Shown here one piece after another: positions 34,766 through 39,983 of a stretch of DNA of 39,983 nt. Both the position numbers and the translations under genes were made by a program. Origin of the DNA: Pyrinomonadaceae bacterium (GTDB taxonomy: Bacteria; Acidobacteriota; Blastocatellia; Pyrinomonadales; Pyrinomonadaceae); assembly GCA_041487335.1 (NCBI GenBank), contig JBGPNE010000001.1, forward strand, positions 1-39,983, in the 5' to 3' direction. The notes under the pieces were generated by a model that ran no database searches, had not been told where the DNA came from, and worked only from the letters and a program-made list of their open reading frames with translations. Numbering within the stretch: the first letter of the stretch is position 1; every line of letters starts with the position of its first letter.

Positions 34766-35095
34766 TCAGCATTGCGGGGTAGGCGGTTTTCTTGTCGCCG
34801 CCCCTAAGGACCTGGGGTTGAGTTTTCGCGAAAGAAAGAGCTGGATCGTAGTGCCTATCGAAAAGAGAGCTGATCCCAGGAGCAACAGCAACAGGGGCTC
34901 GAGATGAAAAGATGCGCCAGATGAATGGTTATCTTGCGAGGGCGCGAGACCGGGTCCACTTTGCGCACTCAATGTTGCTCGCTCGACGATATCGTTGGAC
35001 TTGTCGCTTCCCTGGATGCTCGCTTTTCGCAATTCAGTGAACGCAGCACACACGAACAGGAATGTGATGAGAATGAAAGCGCTTCTGAATTTCAT
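34766..35095 (-). CDS. Small secreted/bitopic protein with PEP-CTERM-like C-terminal segment (first gene of the operon)
   Basis: ORF 34766..35197. Start trimmed to ATG 35095 (MKFRSAFILITFLFVCAAFTELRKA, signal-peptide-like). Polar S/G/P/Q-rich middle, then HLEP-LLLLLLGSALFSIGTTIQLFL-SRK plus an 18-aa tail. Coding status rests on ORF position and signal/TM features only. Confidence 0.55.
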   Translation of the reverse strand: MKFRSAFILITFLFVCAAFTELRKASIQGSDKSNDIVERATLSAQSGPGLAPSQDNHSSGASFHLEPLLLLLLGSALFSIGTTIQLFLSRKLNPRSLGAATRKPPTPQC

Positions 35096-35119
35096 TTGGG
35101 TGAGACTTTCCTCATTCGT

Positions 35120-35133
35120 GCCAATCAATTGGC
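35120..35133. promoter_or_regulatory. Perfect 6-2-6 palindrome GCCAAT-CA-ATTGGC, candidate operator 25-38 nt upstream of the first operon ATG
   Basis: Read directly from the sequence: gccaatcaattggc at 35120..35133. The binding protein is unknown. Confidence 0.3.
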
Positions 35134-35351
35134 TGGTTAGGTTTTTTAGCGTCCGGTGACTCGGTTCAGATTCGCGGCAGAACCCCAACAGGGCCACTCC
35201 TCTGAGGATGGTGGAAACGCCGCCCTAGAGGTTGGCTTGCAACAGGAGTTCACCGTTGCCCGCTGGTAAGAGGCAGCCACAATTTTGCTCCCTCATGGTT
35301 CTACTACAATCGCAACCGCCTAACGCTTGCAAAAAAGCTGTGATGAAGCCT

Positions 35352-35385
35352 GGATCAAAACACTCTTCGGGAACGAAGGAGTGTT
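35352..35385 (-). terminator. Possible second terminator / attenuator hairpin in the operon leader
   Basis: Minus-strand RNA: AACACUCCUUCG-UUCC-CGAAGAGUGUU followed by UUGAUCC. The stem is 11 bp with one bulged C and the U run is only 4 nt. Confidence 0.35.
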
Positions 35386-35472
35386 AGCGCTGACCGCTAA
35401 GACACCTGATTAGCGGGTTCGGAGTGGTTACCCCCCAAGGCAGTGTGAAAGGGAGGGCAGTTGAAGTGGTTT

Positions 35473-35519
35473 GAAAAAACATTGTGCCGATCCTGGAAGC
35501 GTTTACAGGATCGGCACAA
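35473..35519 (-). terminator. Rho-independent terminator of the 35551..38832 gene
   Basis: Perfect 14-bp inverted repeat ttgtgccgatcctg (35482..35495) / caggatcggcacaa (35506..35519) with a 10-nt loop. On the minus strand it is followed by UGUUUUUUC (35473..35481). It starts 31 nt after the TAG at 35551..35553. Confidence 0.9.
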
Positions 35520-35550
35520 GATCAGTCGAGAGGTTCATCCGGCTGGAGCT

Positions 35551-38500
35551 CTATTTCCGTTTTCTTTGAATCGCAAAGGCCTGGTCGCTAGTGTCTTCGA
35601 CATATGCCCCGCTGGCATCCCAGAGACGGACTCTAATTCGTGCAGAGGTCGTTGCAGTTCTTGGAACCCTCCAACTAAAGCTGGTGACAATACCTGGTGG
35701 CCCGGATGCCAGAACGGTCCAGGTCGAGCCGCCGTTGAGAGTCAAATGAATATCACGGCGAGTGGGAATGAAGCCGGTAGCCGACCATGCGATATTGCAT
35801 GTGGAGTCAAATAGAAGGATCTCGCCGCCGTTCGGGTTGAGCACTCTAACCGCCGGCGCTGGAGCAGCGTTCGTGATTGAGACTGAGGCGCTAGCAGTCG
35901 CTCCCAGATTGTCGGTCACGGTCACTCGAGCGGTGAACATGCCTGGCACCTGGTATAGATGAGATACGGCGGATAGCGTAGATGTCTCTCCATCGCCAAA
36001 GGCCCAGCGATATGCAGCAATCACGCCGTCCGGATCCAGCGCATTTGCGGTTAGGTCGACGGTCAATGGAGTTACTCCAGATGTTGTCGGGGCGGTAATA
36101 CTCACCCGCGGTGGTTGGTTAACGGCTAAGTAGGTGAAGCCACCTAAAAGACCGGCGCTCTGCCCGTCTGCGTTGGTCACGACGATGTCGACCGCTCCCT
36201 CGGTATGATTCGGAGTGACCGCAACAATTGACGTTGAGCCCTCCACATGAACTGAAGTGGCAGGGACGCCACCAATGGTCACCGTTGCTCCTGAAGCAAA
36301 TCCGCCGCCGCTGATTACAAGGTTGGTTCCCCCGCCAAACGGTCCAAAGGGGGGAGTAACCGCCGAGATATTGGTAACGGATAGTCCACTCGACTCCGGG
36401 AGAATAGTGGTGTCATTCTTCAACGCGCCGGGCGACGCGTTCAGAAATGCCTGTGGAGATAGTACTATTTGGTCAACAATCAATCCGTCTTCACGAGCTT
36501 GCACACGAACAGTCTGGGGTCCAGTGCTAGAGAAATAGACCAGGGGGCCCATCACCCCAACGCCCCAGCCGTTGTCCTGCCATCCCCATCCCTGTAGCCC
36601 GCATCCAGCGCAGTCCTCCAGATTCAGCGTAGTTGCATCGGTAGTGCCGATGCGAAACACTGGCGCTCCTGCTCTGTCCACGCTTCGCGAGAATTGTAAG
36701 AACACAGAGTCATTATATGGAGAGTCGTCCTGAGCTTTGGCGCGCATCCACAGCCGATACGCGCGACCCGCCACCGCATAAAATGACATCTCAAAATAAT
36801 CGGCAGGGTTGGCTAGAGGCATCGTCAACTTGGGCGCACCGGCATCGGGGTTCCACAAGCATTTCGTTCCGGCCGCCGTTAAGTCCGTCAACTGATTCCA
36901 TCCTCCCGATCGCACCGGCGCCGCCGATGCGTACATCACAATCTCGCTGCCCGGTGGCAATGGTTGATTGCTCACCGTGATCACCACTGTAGCGCTGGTT
37001 CTTGCGCCCAGGTTATCGGTCACTGTTACGCGAGCGGTAAATGTCCCCAGCGTCTGGTATACGTGGGACAACGAAGAGGCCGCAGATACCTGCCCATCTC
37101 CGAAGTCCCAGTTGTAAGAAACGATAGTGCCGTCTGGATCGGATGCGTTTGCGGTAAGGTCGACAACAAACGGCGCAGTACCCACCGTAGCAGATGATGA
37201 AATGTTCACTTGAGGCGGTTGATTGGACTGCGGCGGTGGTTGTAGATCTCCAATTGCAGCCTCGATGGCATCCTGATCCGCGCCGATATCGAAACCATCT
37301 GTTCCGGCATTCTTGTACGGACTGCTGGTTGTCAGTCGATAGTTATCACTCAATACGTCTACGAAGTGTACCTCATTGATAGAAGATGGAAAAAAGTTGC
37401 CGGACGGATACACACTGGCTGGGCCCGCGATGAGGACGTTTTTGCTGAAGTAGCAGCCTGGGAAGTAATAACTCAGTGAATCATTACCGATGCTGTGCCC
37501 CGAACCCATAATTCCGTAATCATTATGAGGTGTGATGTTGTTGGTAAAAACAAATCCGGTATCCGGCGTTCCATCGGCACTCACAATATTGGATGTCTGT
37601 ATTGCGGTGTTGTGATCGATGTGAACATCTGCCGTCCCATCTACCAGTTGGAATAGTCTTCCATTTCCGCCCCAAACTGTTCCGCCTATATCGTGGAACA
37701 GATTGTTCTTGATTTTGATGCGCTGTTCTTGCTGGCTCGGATGGAGGTTGTCGTGACCGAGAAACTGGACACCCGCAGCCGCGTGGCGGGCGATGTTGTT
37801 AGTAAACGTCACGTCCTGGACTACCGACCATGGAGCGGTTCCGTCCTGGTTGCGCGGCGTAAGAACAATAATGAACCCCGTTTGCCCATCTACCCAACAA
37901 TGCTCGAACACATTGCCATCAACGAGAACGCGTTGAGCATTCTTCAACTCGAAGAGGTTCTTGACCGACCAATGAATGCCCGCATAGCTCAAATCGGCTG
38001 GATTCCATGAGAGAGGTTTAGAGCAATGGTTACGTCGAAACTCAATATCGGATGGGACGAGATTAGGGACGTGAGGATCAGCGCCCCCGAACATTACGTT
38101 TTCGCCTGCCGCTTCAAGAAAGTTATTGACGATCTTGAACGGGCCAGGACCGTTCCATCCGGCTATGGCCTGGGTATCGAAGCCCAAGCCATGACAGCTG
38201 GATATGTTGGAATCGATCACCGCCGAGGAAGCGCTGTTTAGCGCAACGCCACGAGAAACGTCGCCCGTAGCATTGCCGTGGATGAAACATCGATCGATCA
38301 CGATGTCGTGTGGCACCAGCGCCAGGCTATTTTGACTGCTATCACCGAGACACACTATTCCGTAATTGGTTGCGACTCCGGCAGCGATTCCTATTTCAAG
38401 CCCGACAAGCCGGTAGTGGTGTGCGCCAGCTGCGGTCGCAAGCGCCGGCGCCGCGTTGGCCGTAACTATCTTGGGCATTGCCCCCGCTTGACTTGCAAAG

Positions 38501-38832
38501 ACGCGAGTACCTTCGGTCGAAATGCCTGCGAGGTTCGATGTGCGGATGATGTTCCAGTCGCCTCCGGTCTTGGTCGGCAGAATAAAGTTTCCGGTAAATA
38601 TGGCTCCAGCTTGAAGGACTATAGTGTCGCCGGACCGGGCGCTATCCAGGGCAGCTTGAAGGTTACCGCCCGCGGGCACGTTAAGGATCACACCGTTCGT
38701 TGCCGGAAATGAAGTTGATAGAAGGACTCTGGGTAACTCTGGTTCGCCTGGGGTCTGGGATAGTACGGTGTAAGAGCCTGCCCCAAAAAAGGTCGCGCCA
38801 ATCATTGCGTAGGCTATAAGGAGCTTATTCAT
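35551..38832 (-). CDS. Secreted multidomain right-handed beta-helix protein, paralog 3: beta-helix + PKD + CBM-like beta-sandwich + IPT/TIG + PKD + C-terminal Ig-like domain
   Basis: 1093 aa with ATG at 38832, preceded by AAGGTGAT. Signal peptide MNKLLIAYAMIGATFFGAGSYTVLSQ. aa ~30-525 carry the family motifs (DRCFIHG, GWNGPGPFKIVNNFLEAAGEN, PSDIEFRRNHCSKPLSW, WSVKNLFELKNAQRV). PKD1 is aa ~538-620 (YNWDFGDG). IPT/TIG is aa ~815-902. PKD2 is aa ~905-988 (YRWAFGDG). The Ig-like tail is aa ~993-1088. Confidence 0.9.
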   Translation of the reverse strand: MNKLLIAYAMIGATFFGAGSYTVLSQTPGEPELPRVLLSTSFPATNGVILNVPAGGNLQAALDSARSGDTIVLQAGAIFTGNFILPTKTGGDWNIIRTSNLAGISTEGTRVFASQAGAMPKIVTANAAPALATAAGAHHYRLVGLEIGIAAGVATNYGIVCLGDSSQNSLALVPHDIVIDRCFIHGNATGDVSRGVALNSASSAVIDSNISSCHGLGFDTQAIAGWNGPGPFKIVNNFLEAAGENVMFGGADPHVPNLVPSDIEFRRNHCSKPLSWNPADLSYAGIHWSVKNLFELKNAQRVLVDGNVFEHCWVDGQTGFIIVLTPRNQDGTAPWSVVQDVTFTNNIARHAAAGVQFLGHDNLHPSQQEQRIKIKNNLFHDIGGTVWGGNGRLFQLVDGTADVHIDHNTAIQTSNIVSADGTPDTGFVFTNNITPHNDYGIMGSGHSIGNDSLSYYFPGCYFSKNVLIAGPASVYPSGNFFPSSINEVHFVDVLSDNYRLTTSSPYKNAGTDGFDIGADQDAIEAAIGDLQPPPQSNQPPQVNISSSATVGTAPFVVDLTANASDPDGTIVSYNWDFGDGQVSAASSLSHVYQTLGTFTARVTVTDNLGARTSATVVITVSNQPLPPGSEIVMYASAAPVRSGGWNQLTDLTAAGTKCLWNPDAGAPKLTMPLANPADYFEMSFYAVAGRAYRLWMRAKAQDDSPYNDSVFLQFSRSVDRAGAPVFRIGTTDATTLNLEDCAGCGLQGWGWQDNGWGVGVMGPLVYFSSTGPQTVRVQAREDGLIVDQIVLSPQAFLNASPGALKNDTTILPESSGLSVTNISAVTPPFGPFGGGTNLVISGGGFASGATVTIGGVPATSVHVEGSTSIVAVTPNHTEGAVDIVVTNADGQSAGLLGGFTYLAVNQPPRVSITAPTTSGVTPLTVDLTANALDPDGVIAAYRWAFGDGETSTLSAVSHLYQVPGMFTARVTVTDNLGATASASVSITNAAPAPAVRVLNPNGGEILLFDSTCNIAWSATGFIPTRRDIHLTLNGGSTWTVLASGPPGIVTSFSWRVPRTATTSARIRVRLWDASGAYVEDTSDQAFAIQRKRK

Positions 38833-39389
38833 ATATATATCACCTTTTGTTCGTAGCTAGCTTCAACTAAGATTGCGGGGACTCTTAGGGGGGACAGGAT
38901 GTCCGCTCACTCAAAGGGGCGCGTAACTTGTAAAGGTGCCGCTTGGAGGGCTTTTGCGGCGATCACAGTTATGGATGAGCTATGTCGTTAGGGGCCTAGC
39001 GGCTTGGAAGAACCGGTGAGCTTTGAACACAACCTGCACTTGCAACGGGCTTACGCTACAAGCACAAATCGAACCATTTCGTTAACTATTGGAGGCGAAC
39101 CTCAATATGACGCCACCCTAACATGGGCACTAATTGATGTCAATAATCTTCCCTGGAGGCTCCCGACGAGGAGGGTCAAGGGTGTGATCATGAGTTGGAC
39201 ACCCGCTTAAAGAGCGTCTTGAACCAGTCCCATTTACATTACAGAGATGGATGGAATTGGCGCCACTTCCGGCAGCCAAACGGGCATTGTCACGCGCAAT
39301 GAGCTAGGTGTGCCGGCGTTTGTGTATGAGGTTGAATCGTATCCCGAACGAGGCGGTCCTGGAAGCTGTGCGGCATAACGTCACTGGGG

Positions 39390-39418
39390 TTGACAGTAAG
39401 TTGACGCGAGGCTAGACT
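39390..39418 (+). promoter_or_regulatory. Sigma70-like promoter: TTGACA - 17 nt - TAGACT
   Basis: ttgaca at 39390..39395, a 17-nt spacer, then tagact at 39413..39418, all in an ORF-poor region about 78 nt upstream of the 39496 ATG. A second TTGACG lies at 39401..39406. Confidence 0.4.
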
Positions 39419-39495
39419 CGACGATCGCCAAACTCCTCCAGCCCCCAAGCTCGTAACCAAGTTCACCTGGAAAACTCGGGCGATGGCCACGTGAC

Positions 39496-39714
39496 ATGAA
39501 CATTACTGATGCTAAGCTTAAAAAGATAGCTAGCCTCGTCCATTCTTTGGAAAATGAACTGGACGTCTTGGAGTCTGCGCACCACTTGCAGTTTGAGTCG
39601 ACGGCCAGCCTGCAAGATAAGCTTTCCGCATCCAAAAGAGCGGGGTCAGCGTTAGCCAAAGCACGCCGTCTCAGTAACCTTATTGCGCAAATGCTAGTCG
39701 AGCCGAACCAGTAG
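39496..39714 (+). CDS. Hypothetical small helical protein (72 aa)
   Basis: ATG-initiated ORF MNITDAKLKKIASLVHSLENELDVLESAHHLQFESTASLQDKLSASKRAGSALAKARRLSNLIAQMLVEPNQ. Heptad-like amphipathic composition, downstream of the promoter-like element. No obvious Shine-Dalgarno sequence, and an antisense ORF (39381..39659) competes. Confidence 0.35.
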   Translation: MNITDAKLKKIASLVHSLENELDVLESAHHLQFESTASLQDKLSASKRAGSALAKARRLSNLIAQMLVEPNQ

Positions 39715-39983
39715 GTTCACCGAACTGGCAAGTTTGCTATCGGCCACGCTCGAAAAATCAATAAAACTTTGCAAGGTGAAGCTGATTCGCATTGTCGGAA
39801 GGCAAGAAGTTGTTTCTTCCATGACACCTCTGAAGGCGGTGCGGCAATGTCCGACGGTATCGGAACCGCGAACGAGCGACCTGGTCCCATTGACCGTAGG
39901 GGAGCGCGAAGATACAAGCTGAATTGGGCGGTCAGAGTGGTGGGCAGAGGTTTTGCTGCCGAGCGTTTTGATGAACTCGCGAC

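Noticed and set aside
35117-35123. TGGCACG on the minus strand, resembling the -24 element of a sigma54 promoter. This is relevant because PEP-CTERM loci are reported to be controlled by a sigma54-dependent regulator.
   Set aside because: There is no TTGC(A/T) -12 element at the required spacing; the sequence continues AATGAGGAAAG. The site is only about 25 nt from the ATG, leaving essentially no 5' UTR. A second GG...GC candidate at about 35231..35250 has the wrong spacing (14 instead of 12).
864-38832. I considered whether the beta-helix/PKD proteins mark a prophage (tailspike depolymerases) or whether the island is a mobile or defence element.
   Set aside because: There are no phage structural, integrase, transposase, restriction or other defence-type genes. 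No flanking direct repeats or tRNA are visible. All neighbours are polysaccharide biosynthesis or export genes in one operon.
39066-39075. GGTTCGATT on the minus strand, similar to a tRNA T-loop (GGTTCGAAT).
   Set aside because: Flanking bases do not form a T-stem (AATGG / TGTGC) or an acceptor stem, and no cloverleaf can be drawn.
39004-39210. TTG-initiated 68-aa plus-strand ORF, and minus-strand ORFs 39290..39490 and 39381..39659, all in the ORF-poor flank.
   Set aside because: No RBS, no promoter context, no motifs, and they overlap each other. They are treated as chance ORFs.
39717-39983. The minus-strand reading frame stays open from the right window edge to TGA at 39717 (89 codons). 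It could be the 3' end of a gene lying beyond the window.
   Set aside because: The translated sequence (VASSSKRSAAKPLPTTLTAQFSLYLRAPLRS...) is S/P/A/R/L-rich with no motif. It overlaps an equally unconvincing plus-strand ORF (39734..39922). This cannot be decided without flanking sequence.

Overview
One long, almost gap-free, minus-strand exopolysaccharide/capsule (EPS) biosynthesis and export locus fills nearly the whole window (864..38832; 25 CDS). Many genes are joined by ATGA, TAATG or TGATG start-stop overlaps. The locus carries a Wzx/Wzy-type toolkit: a Wzz/GumC-like co-polymerase, a BY-kinase-like ATPase, a polyprenyl-phosphate sugar-phosphate transferase, a Wza-like exporter, an O-antigen-ligase/Wzy-like membrane protein and a flippase domain. 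It also encodes GT4 and GT2 glycosyltransferases, an AlgD-like GDP-mannose 6-dehydrogenase, two AsnB-type glutamine amidotransferases, a PaaK/CapK-like adenylating enzyme, a DUF362 protein, a formyltransferase/CE4-deacetylase pair, SAM methyltransferases, a signal-less heparinase II/III-like protein, an embedded XRE-type regulator and three paralogous secreted right-handed beta-helix proteins. From memory, this gene-family mix resembles PEP-CTERM/exosortase-associated EPS loci of soil bacteria such as Acidobacteriota. No exosortase lies in the window, and taxonomy cannot be established from the sequence alone. The left edge holds the 5' part of a degenerate protein-kinase-like gene. The right edge (38833..39983) is ORF-poor, with a sigma70-like promoter and one plausible small ORF. 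I see no rRNA, tRNA, CRISPR array, transposase, integrase or phage genes. The most noteworthy items are: the beta-helix paralog trio; a 1173-aa GT2-flippase-methyltransferase fusion; a PaaK-like/DUF362/AsnB decoration module; a BY-kinase homolog with Walker-A K->R and no tyrosine tail; a small PEP-CTERM-like first gene; and a structured ~455-nt terminator/leader region. All family assignments come from motif recognition by eye, not from searches.
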